From an uncultured Candidatus Melainabacteria bacterium (GTDB taxonomy: Bacteria; Cyanobacteriota; Vampirovibrionia; Gastranaerophilales; Gastranaerophilaceae), in NCBI GenBank assembly GCA_949927415.1, contig CATLFB010000007.1, positions 24,412-88,411 of the forward strand: a stretch of 64,000 bases of DNA. The letters run 5' to 3'. Shown piece by piece: positions 1-9,353 of the stretch. Each line of letters begins with the position of its first letter. The stretch's first letter is position 1. A program made the position numbers and the translations under genes. The notes beneath the pieces were generated by a model. The model saw only the letters and a list, made by a program, of their open reading frames with translations, was not told the origin of the DNA and made no database searches.

Positions 1-16
1 AATAAGGAGAGATGAT

Positions 17-355
17 ATGACTTTTTTAGCGATTGATTCACAGAAGAATTTATTCACATTACAAAAAAGCCAACTACAATTTGAGCAGACGTTAGTTATG
101 AACCAGGCAAACTGGTTAGCAAAGGCGATGGCTGATAGAGCTGAACAGCTTGAGGCTGCGGCAGGTGACGGTCAGGTTGACTTGGACAATGACGCGTTTT
201 ACGTATCGCTGCAAAAGCAGGAAGAGTATTTGACGACACGTCAAAACACGCTTGACACGCAGATTTCATTACTTGACAACGAAATCTCAAGTATGAAGAC
301 TATGGTACAGAACAACATCAAATCAAGCTGCAGCTTGAACCTCATCGGCGGCTAA
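17..355 (+). CDS. hypothetical small coiled-coil protein (112 aa)
   Basis: ATG at 17 is preceded by AAGGAG (4-9). The sequence is Q/L/E-rich and heptad-like, and no family was recognised. The TAA stop directly abuts the repeat sub-element starting at 357. Confidence 0.5.
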   Translation: MTFLAIDSQKNLFTLQKSQLQFEQTLVMNQANWLAKAMADRAEQLEAAAGDGQVDLDNDAFYVSLQKQEEYLTTRQNTLDTQISLLDNEISSMKTMVQNNIKSSCSLNLIGG

Positions 356-356
356 G

Positions 357-499
357 TGGATTTTGCGTAGAGTGAAGCGAAGCCGGAGCGCGATTAGCGC
401 AGAGGCGGAGCGGAACTCGAAGGAACGCCGAAAAAGTGAACGTCCATTTTGCGAGAGCAAAATAGAGTGAACGGCTTGAAGGCGTGAAGCAATAATCCA
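357..499. repeat. insertion-like sub-element (type 2) of the repeat family, copy A, 143 bp
   Basis: It starts TGGATTTT and ends AATAATCCA (inverted ends TGGATT/AATCCA). The interior is purine-rich with GAGCG/GTGAA motifs. It is homologous by eye to 39924-40050 and 50102-50305. Confidence 0.5.
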
Positions 500-990
500 G
501 GTGCTACGCACGTAGACACATTGGCTAGACATTAGTGATGGCGCTTTTGTAGATGTTTGTCATAGCATAGAAAAGTTAGTCAGGCCGCTGGTCTAGCGCA
601 ATGTCTTGCGCAGAAGTTCAAGAAGTGCTACAGGAGAATTAACGCACATAGACATATTGGAACTGTTATAACGGAGGTACTTTTGAAAGATTAAGGCGCG
701 AAAGTCCGGAATTAGGACAGATCCTTCGGGACGGACGCTGTTTTCTGGCAAAACTCTCAATCCCACGAAAATCGTCACACCCATCTCCAGGTAGAGGAGA
801 GGGCGGAATTTCAACTTGAGCCCGCTTGTGGCGCGCGAAAGTTGTGCTACGCACGTGGGAACATTGGAACTGAATTAGACAAAAGCCGCTTGTGAAAGAA
901 TTAGGTACAGAAATGCAGGATTAGGACGATGGCGCTTGGAACGGGCCAACGTTTTCTGACGATATTCAAAAAATGTCGCGGTGTTACACT
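357..990. repeat. composite tandem repeat array, locus A (one insertion-like sub-element, three ~140-bp units, one degenerate hairpin module)
   Basis: Anchors are CTACGCACGTAG at 504, a degenerate AACGCACATAG at 641, and CTACGCACGTGG at 846. Each is followed by ATTAG(G/A) sub-repeats, GCGCTT boxes and GT(C/T)TTNTGAC. The same family is seen at 39769-40690 and 49945-50850. Confidence 0.8.
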
Positions 991-1073
991 TATATCAATA
1001 GCAAAACTGCAAAATTTGCAACACATTTTTGAATTTCGACAATAAAAGCTACCGGATTTCTCGAAACGCTAAG

Positions 1074-1913
1074 TTAAACAAAACTTTTTTCAAAAAGTTC
1101 TACCGTATTGCTCATCAACATCGCAATCGTCATTGGCCCCACACCGCCCGGAACAGGTGTTATGTAGGAAGCATTTGAAGAAACCTCTTCAAAGTCAACA
1201 TCTCCGCGGGTTTTCCCGTTTTCATCCTTGAAAATCCCAACATCTATTACGACACAACCGGATTTTAACATATTTTTTCCAATTATTTTTCCCCCTACAG
1301 CAGAAACAACTATATCTGCTGTTTTTGTTATTTCAGCAAGATTTTTTGTGCGGCTGTGACATACTGTAACAGTGGCGTTTCTGGCTAAAAGCATTTGCGA
1401 AAGGGGTTTGCCGACTATATTTGAGCGACCTGCGATTACGACATGTTTACCTTCGATTTCTATGTTATATTCATCCAGAAGCCGTATAATTCCGCGAGGT
1501 GTGCAAGGATAGGCGTGCGGCTTGATGCCCGTAAAAAGTTTTCCGGAGTTTTCGATTGTAAATCCGTCGACATCTTTTTCCGGCTTGATTGCATTTATAA
1601 TGTTGAATTTATCTATGTGTTCTGGCAATGGCAGCTGTACAAGAATTGCTGTTATTGTTTCGTCATTGTTTAATTCTTCGATTTTTTTTAAAATGGTTGT
1701 TTCATCAACATTTGACGGGTAATTTATTACAACAGAATTTATTCCGAGTTTTTCGGCTGTTTTTTTCTTGTTGTTTACGTAAATCCTGCTTGCGGGATTG
1801 TCTCCGGCAAGGATGACGGCTAAAGTCGGCCTGCTGTCGTATTTTTCAAGCCGTTGTGCCAATTCTTCAAGTATTTTGTCTCTTAATTTTTTCCCGTCTA
1901 AAATTATTGCCAT
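1074..1913 (-). CDS. folD: bifunctional methylenetetrahydrofolate dehydrogenase/methenyl-THF cyclohydrolase
   Basis: 279 aa. Typical FolD N-terminus (ILDGKKL) and C-terminal PVPGGVGPMTIAMLM motif. Confidence 0.95.
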   Translation of the reverse strand: MAIILDGKKLRDKILEELAQRLEKYDSRPTLAVILAGDNPASRIYVNNKKKTAEKLGINSVVINYPSNVDETTILKKIEELNNDETITAILVQLPLPEHIDKFNIINAIKPEKDVDGFTIENSGKLFTGIKPHAYPCTPRGIIRLLDEYNIEIEGKHVVIAGRSNIVGKPLSQMLLARNATVTVCHSRTKNLAEITKTADIVVSAVGGKIIGKNMLKSGCVVIDVGIFKDENGKTRGDVDFEEVSSNASYITPVPGGVGPMTIAMLMSNTVELFEKSFV

Positions 1914-1919
1914 TTGTCC

Positions 1920-2666
1920 TCAATTCTTTATTTGCGGAAGGTTTAGCCTGAAATAAAACTGTTTTATCGCATCCTGAACAACTTTTGACTCTCTTTCCAT
2001 TTGATTCAGATTGTCATCAAACGGGATTACTCCCAAAACATCGAGTTCGTACTTGTTCAGAAGGTTGTAAATCGAGGCCGCTTCGTTGTTTTCAACCTTG
2101 TTAATCACAACGCCTAGCTGACCGCCGGCTGCATATTTTGAACTGAATTCTTCTATGCGTTTGGCAAGATGCGCGCTTTCATCTGTCGGATTTGCAACGA
2201 TTAGGGTTGTGTCTATGTCTGTGTCTACAAGCTGGTTGAGATATTTTAAATCGAACTCGCAGTCAAAAATCACTATGTCATATCTTTCTATCAACTTCAA
2301 AACAGCGTCGTTAATCTGGCCTGTAATCGGGCAACGGCAATCCTTTGAGCCGACAAACCATGAAACTATAATATCCACATTGTCGCTAATCGGCACGAGA
2401 ATATCTTCCATTGCCCATTCGACAAATTCCTGTTTGCTCATACCTTCCGGAATGCCGGTTTTGTATTCATGTTTGCCGCTGCGGATTCCGTAAATCGTAT
2501 TTCTGATATCAAGTCCGAAACTGTGGCCCAGTTCACTTGTCAAATCATTGTCAAAAAGCAGGATTGATTTTTCCGGATATAGTTCCCTGAAAATTTGTAA
2601 AAAAGCTTTTGTAATTGTTGTCTTGCCGCTTCCGCTTTTCCCTGTGATTGCAAGTTTAGTTGTCAA
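1920..2666 (-). CDS. CooC/AcsF-type P-loop metallochaperone-like ATPase (MinD/ParA superfamily)
   Basis: Deviant Walker A GKSGSGKTT at the N-terminus. A C-X-C motif (DCRCP) sits where CooC proteins carry their metal-binding CXC. Length is 248 aa. It overlaps the upstream gene by 11 nt. Confidence 0.7.
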   Translation of the reverse strand: MTTKLAITGKSGSGKTTITKAFLQIFRELYPEKSILLFDNDLTSELGHSFGLDIRNTIYGIRSGKHEYKTGIPEGMSKQEFVEWAMEDILVPISDNVDIIVSWFVGSKDCRCPITGQINDAVLKLIERYDIVIFDCEFDLKYLNQLVDTDIDTTLIVANPTDESAHLAKRIEEFSSKYAAGGQLGVVINKVENNEAASIYNLLNKYELDVLGVIPFDDNLNQMERESKVVQDAIKQFYFRLNLPQIKN

Positions 2667-3732
2667 TATTGTATCTCTCCTTTAGTCTCTTTGAAAGTTG
2701 GTTGGTCAAATCCATTGCCTTTTCGGCCAGCTCAACCGAGAGGATTCCCGCTCCGCAAGATGGCGTTATCAATGAATTTTCTATAATAAGTTTCTCATTA
2801 ATACCTTTTTTAGTCAAATATTTTATGGCGGTTTGGAATTTTTCTTCCAAATCTTGAATGGTAATATTTTCCAAAGCCTTTTTATCTAATGTAGGAACGA
2901 TTCCCCATGCGATTTTTCCTGTCCGTTCCAGAAAATTCCTGAGGCTATCTGTGAATAAACTCAAATTCTCAGCAAAAGAATACGCATCCGGATTGATAAT
3001 TTCCACACCCGAGTTGATTGGAATTGTCCAGTCGCATTTTCCGCAGCAATGAAGAGCCGGTATTGCGCCATTGTTTTTTAGAGTTTCGGTAATTTCTTTG
3101 AGCATTGAAATTACGTCATCTTTTGTTATGCCAACGTAAGCCGATGTTCCAAGCTGTGAAATCGAGGGTTCATCAATGAAAATAATCGGTGTTGTGTCAG
3201 GACTCAATTTTTTGATTTCTTTTATTTGCCATAGTGCTTTTAAAATAAGAGTTTTTAAAATTATTTCACGCAGAGTTTCATCGTACACAGCAGCCTCGCC
3301 GTTTTTTGTGCAAAGTGAAGACGCGAGCGTAAACGGGCCGACTATTTGACCTTTTGCAAACGGAGGTTTTGTAGTTTTTATAATATCTAAGTAACCTTGA
3401 AATGCTTTTGCGTGTGTGATTTTATACGTGTCGATTTTATCAGAATCCAAATCTGAAATTATTTCTTCAAAATCCAGAAAAAATTCTTCCAAATCTTCGA
3501 AAAATGAATCATATTCGGTGTCGAGAAATATTTTGTCGTTATCGCAAAAAAACGAGGGCATATTTTCCAAAAATTGGAAAATCATGTCCTCATTTTTATC
3601 AAGTTTTACAAGCTGCGGCCAGAAGGGAATGTTTTCAAAGTCCCGTTTAATCAGGCTCAGGGCTTGATTTATATCTGTATGAGGCAAAGAACCTATTGCC
3701 ATGCATTCAAGCGTTAGTTTGTTGTTTTTCAA
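2656..3732 (-). CDS. short cobalamin-independent methionine synthase-like (MetE C-terminal/core-MetE-like) protein
   Basis: 358 aa. GSLPH near the N-terminus. Candidate zinc ligands are LHCCG (H-x-C) and TPSCGAG (compare MetE PDCGLK). TTG start with a GAGGGA RBS. Confidence 0.65.
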   Translation of the reverse strand: MKNNKLTLECMAIGSLPHTDINQALSLIKRDFENIPFWPQLVKLDKNEDMIFQFLENMPSFFCDNDKIFLDTEYDSFFEDLEEFFLDFEEIISDLDSDKIDTYKITHAKAFQGYLDIIKTTKPPFAKGQIVGPFTLASSLCTKNGEAAVYDETLREIILKTLILKALWQIKEIKKLSPDTTPIIFIDEPSISQLGTSAYVGITKDDVISMLKEITETLKNNGAIPALHCCGKCDWTIPINSGVEIINPDAYSFAENLSLFTDSLRNFLERTGKIAWGIVPTLDKKALENITIQDLEEKFQTAIKYLTKKGINEKLIIENSLITPSCGAGILSVELAEKAMDLTNQLSKRLKERYNIDN

Positions 3733-3862
3733 TTTCGTCCCTCACTTGTGCGTGTATGTTCTTTGCTTTATCCGGATTGCGGCGTTTAGAACCCGTCGGA
3801 TTCTTTCCGGGCTTAGCCCTTAGAATGACTAAATTCCAGCCGCGTCACCAAATCCAATCAAA

Positions 3863-4360
3863 CTATTCTTCGATTGTTTCTTCAACTTCTTCAACGGCTT
3901 CTTTAACAACTTCTGATGCTGTAACAACAACCGGAACTTCACATTTAACTTTTGAAGTCAATTTGATAAGCATTGTGTATTCGCCGATTTTGTTGATAGG
4001 AGCGTTAAGTGTAACAACTTTTCTGTCAACTTCAACGCCTGATTTTGCCTGAAGTTCTTCAGTCAATTTTTTAGTTGTAATTGTACCGAACAATTTGCCT
4101 GATTCGCCGGCTTTTGCTGAAAGTTCAAGTTTGCCGAATTTTTCAAGCTGTTCAGCTTTTGCAACGGCTTCTGCGTGAAGTTTTTCTTGTTTAGCTTTGA
4201 TTCTTGCCAAATTTTGTTCTCTGTTTTTCAAAGCACCGTCTGTTGCGATTTCTGCCTGATTTTGCGGCAACAAGAAGTTTCTTGCGTAACCGTCTTTTAC
4301 ATTAACGATGTCACCTGCTTCGCCGAGGTTTTGAACGTCTTTTTTTAATATAACTTGCAT
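3863..4360 (-). CDS. rplI: 50S ribosomal protein L9
   Basis: MQVILKKDVQNLGEAGDIVNVKDGYARNFLLP is a canonical L9 N-terminus. The start is trimmed to the ATG at 4360, behind AAAGGAG. Acidic C-terminal tail. Confidence 0.9.
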   Translation of the reverse strand: MQVILKKDVQNLGEAGDIVNVKDGYARNFLLPQNQAEIATDGALKNREQNLARIKAKQEKLHAEAVAKAEQLEKFGKLELSAKAGESGKLFGTITTKKLTEELQAKSGVEVDRKVVTLNAPINKIGEYTMLIKLTSKVKCEVPVVVTASEVVKEAVEEVEETIEE

Positions 4361-4776
4361 TTTAAATTCTCCTTTAAATTTATATTTCTGCCAGTATGTC
4401 AATACTACAACAAGCATGGCTGTTTGTCGAGTGTTTATTATAAATTGTTAAGAATGCGCAAGATTTTGGAGGGTTTTGTCAGAGCGGGCTTGAAAAATTT
4501 TTTAAATAGTTTATAATATAAATGAAGGGAGAGGATGCGCTAACATCCTCATTTAAGCCCCTTAGTTGATGAAATGAAGCGCTAAGATAATTAACAAGAT
4601 TATTATTAGCGCTTTTTCGCTTACTGCGAAAATCATCCTTATCACCCCCTTTCATGGTAAACAAAATTTTAAGTTCGTGCCATAAAGTAAGATGAATTAC
4701 AGGGGCTGCCCTTCTATATAATAATACGCCTGCCGAAAGGCAAGCGCATCATTTGAAATATGGATTTATAAGTTAA

Positions 4777-5424
4777 TTATTTTATCGCGGGAAACAGGTA
4801 TTTGACACCCTCATCGCTTCTCCAACGTATGTATCCGGTTTTTGGCGTCCGGTCTAAATCGACGACTGTCACAAGCGCCCAGTTGCCGCGGATAACATTC
4901 AGTTTGATGTATTCCGGATGGTTGAGCTGCGAGACAACCTGCGAATTGTCTTCGGTTTTTGCATGCAAGGTAAGAATGCTCTCAGGTGCATCTTTCAGCG
5001 CTTTTAAACCATATTTGCGCCCGTATGAATTGTATAAATTTATCCAGGTCATAAATTTGTACGGGTCGTCTTTTTTCATCCAGCCGCTTTTGTTGTTTTT
5101 GTTGTCGTAAATCAGTTTTACCCAGTCTTCGTTTTCGTCCTCAACCGCCATCAGCGCAAGTTCTTTGGCTGAAACAAACACTGTAAAAACGTCATCGTAT
5201 GACAAATCTTCGGGCATCAATTTTTCTTTTGTCCAGCTGATTGTTTTGACTATTTTGGAGTTTTCGTTCGGCTCTTCGTGAAGTACAACCAACTTTGACA
5301 CCTGATAAAATCCATAGGTTTTTGTGTGGAGATTTGCTGAATATTTCGGCAGAACATCTGCGCAAAAAGCCGGAAGCGACAGTGTCATTGCAAGAAAAAT
5401 TGCTGCTAAAAGATTTCTAATCAT
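4777..5424 (-). CDS. secreted hypothetical protein, possible SH3b-like C-terminus
   Basis: N-terminal signal peptide (LAAIFLAMTLSLPAFCAD). No enzyme motifs. A hairpin plus T-rich tract lies downstream at about 4727-4750. Confidence 0.55.
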   Translation of the reverse strand: MIRNLLAAIFLAMTLSLPAFCADVLPKYSANLHTKTYGFYQVSKLVVLHEEPNENSKIVKTISWTKEKLMPEDLSYDDVFTVFVSAKELALMAVEDENEDWVKLIYDNKNNKSGWMKKDDPYKFMTWINLYNSYGRKYGLKALKDAPESILTLHAKTEDNSQVVSQLNHPEYIKLNVIRGNWALVTVVDLDRTPKTGYIRWRSDEGVKYLFPAIK

Positions 5425-5427
5425 ATT

Positions 5428-7908
5428 TTACTCCCTGAAGTTGATATCAGCGTAAGTTTTTTTGAGTTTGTCGCGGACTGAATTCATTTGTTTTTCAATG
5501 ACTTCGTCAGTCAAAGTTGCGTTTTCGTCCTGCATTTTTATGCGGAAAGCAACGCTTTTGTAACCTTCCTGAATATGTTCGCCTTCGTAAACGTCGAAAA
5601 CTTCGCTGCCTTTGAAAATGTTTTGCTGAATTGAACCCTTGATAACTTTTTGAATATCGTCAAAAGTTACGTCTTTGTTGATGACAAAAGCCAAATCGCG
5701 GCGGACTTCCGGGAATTGCGGAAGTTTTTTGAAGCGCGGTGTGCGTTCTTTGATAATCGAAATTACTTCGTCCAAATCAAGTTTGAAAATGAAAGCTTCC
5801 TGATTCAATTTGAGTTTGTCTTTCAAAATCGGGTGGATTTGTCCGAAATATCCGATAGCTTTGGGCGTTTTGCCTAAAAGCGTGATGACCGCTGTTTTGT
5901 AAGGGTGAAGAATTGCATGAGTTTTAGCTAACTCTGTTTTTTCAAGCGGTTGGAGTTTTATGCGTTTTGAAATTTCCAATTCTTCAAACAATTTTTCCAT
6001 AATGCCTTTAACTGTGTAAAAATCAGTTTCGGCATTCTTTTGCCAGAGCGAATTTTGAATATCGCCTGTGATAATACCTGCAAGGGTTTGGGTTTCTTTG
6101 ACGCCTGACGATTTTTCATCAGCGTCAGCAATTCTGTAATAAGTTTTGCCGATTTCGTAATTCCAGATGTTTTTCTGTCCGTTATCGAAGTTGTTTTTCA
6201 TAACGTTCAAAACGCTTGCGGCAAGAGTTTGGCGAAGCATTGTGTAATCTTCGCTTGCGGCATTTTTTACAAAAACTGCCTGATTTTCCAAAAACGGAAT
6301 CATAAATTTGTCCAAAAGAGGTTTGCCGATCAGAGAACTTGTGACAATTTCGTTCAGACCGCAGCCGTGCATTATGTTGTGAACTTTTGCCGTGATTTTT
6401 TCTTCGAGTGAAATTTCAGGCAATTGAACTTTTTGCGGCAGGGTCGGAGTGATTTTGTCGTAACCGTTGATGCGCGCAATTTCTTCAATCAAATCAATTT
6501 CGCGTGTCACGTCATAGGAACGGAATGAAGGAACTAAAAATTTTGCGGCCGCTTCGTTTCCGCCAAGCTTTTTGAACCCTAAATTTTCAAGAATATTAAT
6601 GCATCTGTCAGGTGCAATTTCAACGCCGAGCATTCTTTTGATTTGCGGATATCTCAAAGTTATTTCAATCGGTTCAAGTTTATTTCTGCCGGTTTCTACA
6701 ACGCCTTCGATTTTCGCGCCGGCAAGTTCTGTCAGCAATTGCATTGCGCGCATCAGGGCCGGTTTCACGGCTTCAATGTCAATTCCGCGTTCGAATCTGG
6801 CGCAGGCATCGCTTTTGTAACCTACGCTGTGAGAACTTTTGCGGTTGCTTGTCGGTGTGAAATATGCAGCTTCAAGCGCGATTGCGGTTGTGTTATCGTC
6901 GATTTCGGAATTTTCTCCGCCAAAAACACCTGCAAGACAAACGCCTTTTTCTTTGTCGGCAATTAAAATGCTGTCGGTTGTAAGAGTTCTTTCAACACTG
7001 TCGAGAGTTACGATTTTTTCGCCTTCTTTTGCGCGTCTTACGCAAAGATATCCGTCAAGTTTATTCAAATCGAACGCATGAAAAGGTGTTCCGTATTCAA
7101 GCATTACGTAATTTGTGATATCTACAACGTTGTTTATTGCGCGAACGCCTGAGGCGATAAGCCTTTTTTGCATCCACTCAGGAGACGGTTTTATTGTTAT
7201 GTTTTTCAAAATTCCCAGTGAATAATATTTGCAGACATCTTCATCCTTGATTTCAACTTTGAATTTGTCGGTTGTCAAATCAAGTGTGCATTCAATCGGG
7301 TTGAGTTTAAGCGGTTTGTTGAAGATTGCACTTAATTCTCTTGCAACGCCGATAACAGACATTTGGTCGCCGCGGTTTGCGGTCGGGGCAACGTCAAGGA
7401 TGTAATCTTTGTCAAATCCGAGGACATTTTCTACGTTTTCGCCGATACTGACGGTTGGGAAAATTCTGTTGAGAATCAAAATACCGTCTTCTTCCTGATA
7501 TCCGCGTTCCGAAACCCCGAGTTCATCAGCAGAGCAAAGCATTCCCTGAGATTCAACCCCGCGGATTACGGCTGGCGTGAGCGTGAACATTTCACCGGTT
7601 TTTCTGTCCAAAATCTGACTTCCGACGCTTGCGTAAGGAACAATTTGGCCTTCCTCGATATTTTGTGCGCCGCAGACGACTGTTTTAAGGCCTGAACCAG
7701 TGTTTACAGTTACAAGATGAAGTTTTTCGGAATTCGGATGATTGTCGATTTTTTCGATTTTAACGGTTTTGATGTTTGTGAATTTCGCCTTTAATTCTTC
7801 GACCGCTTCGACTTCCAAACCGCTCATAGTAAGTTCATGTGCGATTTGATTTACTTCAATATCGGATAAATCAACAAATTCATTTAACCAGTTTAATGAT
7901 ACCTGCAT
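5428..7908 (-). CDS. pheT: phenylalanine--tRNA ligase beta subunit
   Basis: 826 aa. N-terminal tRNA-binding domain, B3/4 and B5 regions, and a C-terminal anticodon-binding-like domain, all typical of PheT. No pheS is adjacent. Confidence 0.95.
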   Translation of the reverse strand: MQVSLNWLNEFVDLSDIEVNQIAHELTMSGLEVEAVEELKAKFTNIKTVKIEKIDNHPNSEKLHLVTVNTGSGLKTVVCGAQNIEEGQIVPYASVGSQILDRKTGEMFTLTPAVIRGVESQGMLCSADELGVSERGYQEEDGILILNRIFPTVSIGENVENVLGFDKDYILDVAPTANRGDQMSVIGVARELSAIFNKPLKLNPIECTLDLTTDKFKVEIKDEDVCKYYSLGILKNITIKPSPEWMQKRLIASGVRAINNVVDITNYVMLEYGTPFHAFDLNKLDGYLCVRRAKEGEKIVTLDSVERTLTTDSILIADKEKGVCLAGVFGGENSEIDDNTTAIALEAAYFTPTSNRKSSHSVGYKSDACARFERGIDIEAVKPALMRAMQLLTELAGAKIEGVVETGRNKLEPIEITLRYPQIKRMLGVEIAPDRCINILENLGFKKLGGNEAAAKFLVPSFRSYDVTREIDLIEEIARINGYDKITPTLPQKVQLPEISLEEKITAKVHNIMHGCGLNEIVTSSLIGKPLLDKFMIPFLENQAVFVKNAASEDYTMLRQTLAASVLNVMKNNFDNGQKNIWNYEIGKTYYRIADADEKSSGVKETQTLAGIITGDIQNSLWQKNAETDFYTVKGIMEKLFEELEISKRIKLQPLEKTELAKTHAILHPYKTAVITLLGKTPKAIGYFGQIHPILKDKLKLNQEAFIFKLDLDEVISIIKERTPRFKKLPQFPEVRRDLAFVINKDVTFDDIQKVIKGSIQQNIFKGSEVFDVYEGEHIQEGYKSVAFRIKMQDENATLTDEVIEKQMNSVRDKLKKTYADINFRE

Positions 7909-8031
7909 TTCTTATATTCCCTCTTTATTATTATTATATATCCGTTTAAATCTTATTACAAAAGTAATGAATTGTAAAACTTTTATTTCGGACGGTGATT
8001 TCGGGAATTTGTTGATAATAAAATTACAGCT

Positions 8032-8697
8032 ATGAAAATATCATTCAGACCTTCCGTCAAAAGAGAAAATACTCTCCCTTTTTTGCAAGAGAAAACAGTA
8101 TTAAAAACATCATTCTGCGGCCGTAAAGATTCTGATACCGTGCCGCTTTCCGTTGAGAACTGGGATGCGTATTTCGGCATTAAAAAACCTGAAATTTCAC
8201 CTTTGATAAAGTATGAAAAATTGCACAAAGAGGCTGTGGATGTTTTAAAAAATACACAAAAGCTTCACGCTGACAAAAACAGGAAAAACGGAAAAGTTGA
8301 TGAGGTTGAATATTACGACAATTTCAGAACAATCAAAACAATTTCAAAACTAAATTTTGAAAATAAAATGTACAAAAGCGAAAAAATATTTGAGTACAAT
8401 AAAGATGGTTCTGTGAAAAGTGTTTCGAATATAATTTTCCAAAAATTCGGCAAGTCTGCAGACAAAAAAGGAATAAGGGAAGAAATATCTTATGAAAAGG
8501 GAGGCAAAGCTGTTGAGAGAAGTATTTATGCTCTAAATTCGCAGGATTTTTCAATGCGCGGCAAGCTTGAATATACAGAATTTCTGAACCCTGAAACCGG
8601 GCGTGCCGTAAAGATAAAATCTGAAGGTTTGACATACTATCTTTCTGATGAAAAAAATATTGAAAGAATTGATAAACCCGGATTTTCTAAGAAATAA
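8032..8697 (+). CDS. hypothetical repeat protein, 5' part of a probably frameshifted gene
   Basis: 221 aa with recurring Y-x-x-D/G-K/G beta-hairpin-like repeats (FEYNKDGSVKS, ISYEKGGKAVE). It stops in an A-run at 8695-8697, and a neighbouring frame is open from 8691. Confidence 0.55.
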   Translation: MKISFRPSVKRENTLPFLQEKTVLKTSFCGRKDSDTVPLSVENWDAYFGIKKPEISPLIKYEKLHKEAVDVLKNTQKLHADKNRKNGKVDEVEYYDNFRTIKTISKLNFENKMYKSEKIFEYNKDGSVKSVSNIIFQKFGKSADKKGIREEISYEKGGKAVERSIYALNSQDFSMRGKLEYTEFLNPETGRAVKIKSEGLTYYLSDEKNIERIDKPGFSKK

Positions 8698-8876
8698 AAA
8701 GATATTCTGACGGATTTGAGATTGTTTCTTTCTTACAAACCCCATCCGGCAGTAATAGAGGAAGTTACATTTATAAAGAAACAAGAACGCCTTCCGGAGT
8801 TGAGATTGTTGAAACAATTCGTGATAACCAATCGTATTATGCGCGTCAGGAACTTCGTTACAGAGAAAATCGTTAT

Positions 8877-9224
8877 TTGCATTACGAAGGATATGACAGA
8901 GACGGAAACTTAAGAATTGAAGTTTCAAGAGAGCCGGAATCTCAGGAATTAATCAGATTGACAAGATATCCTGATAATCCGTGGGGGCAAATTTTTAAAG
9001 AAGAAGTCTTCAAAAAAGGTGATTCCTATGTTTTTGAACGTTACACCAAGCATGATGACAACCCGCACGGCAAGCGTATTCAGCTTCATTCATCAAAACT
9101 TGATAATGCCGACAGTTTCAAAGATGGTAAGCTTGCAAGAATCGATATTGACGAATCTAACAAAAAAATTCTGGATGGCCTTAAAGAATTTTCAAATGAA
9201 TTTGCGCATGTTTTGAACCGCTGA
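8877..9224 (+). CDS. hypothetical repeat protein, 3' part of the same gene (frame open from 8691)
   Basis: The same repeat style is present (HYEGYDRDGNLRIEV). There is no ATG/GTG/TTG between 8691 and 8877, although that stretch translates cleanly (RYSDGFEIVSFLQTPSG...). Confidence 0.5.
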   Translation: MHYEGYDRDGNLRIEVSREPESQELIRLTRYPDNPWGQIFKEEVFKKGDSYVFERYTKHDDNPHGKRIQLHSSKLDNADSFKDGKLARIDIDESNKKILDGLKEFSNEFAHVLNR

Positions 9225-9353
9225 ATTTAATATGAATTAAATGTTACTAAACTTTGCCGAAATCTTGCCAACAATCATGTTTGTGAGATAATTTTAATGA
9301 AGCTAAATATAAAATAGCAGAAGTACATAAATATAAAAAAGGAAAAACAAAAA

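Noticed and set aside
688-705. GCGAAAGTCCGG resembling the RNase P GAAAGUCC core
   Set aside because: It lies inside a repeat unit, where other units have GAAGTTC/GAAAGTTC at the same position. None of the other RNase P conserved regions are nearby.
323-854. ORF-track ORFs inside the repeat arrays (323-532, 593-814, 666-854; also 39675-39938, 40114-40296, 50022-50312, 50036-50251)
   Set aside because: They fall entirely in repeat units and differ between copies by frameshifts. They have no RBS and show odd composition, so I treat them as non-coding.
3733-3862. SAM, THF or ZTP riboswitch in the leader of the MetE-like/CooC-like/folD operon
   Set aside because: The 130-nt leader has small hairpins (GGGCTAAGCCC, CGGAAAGAATCCG). 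I could not align it to the SAM-I, THF or ZTP (pfl) consensus sequences I remember. It needs an Rfam scan before any claim.
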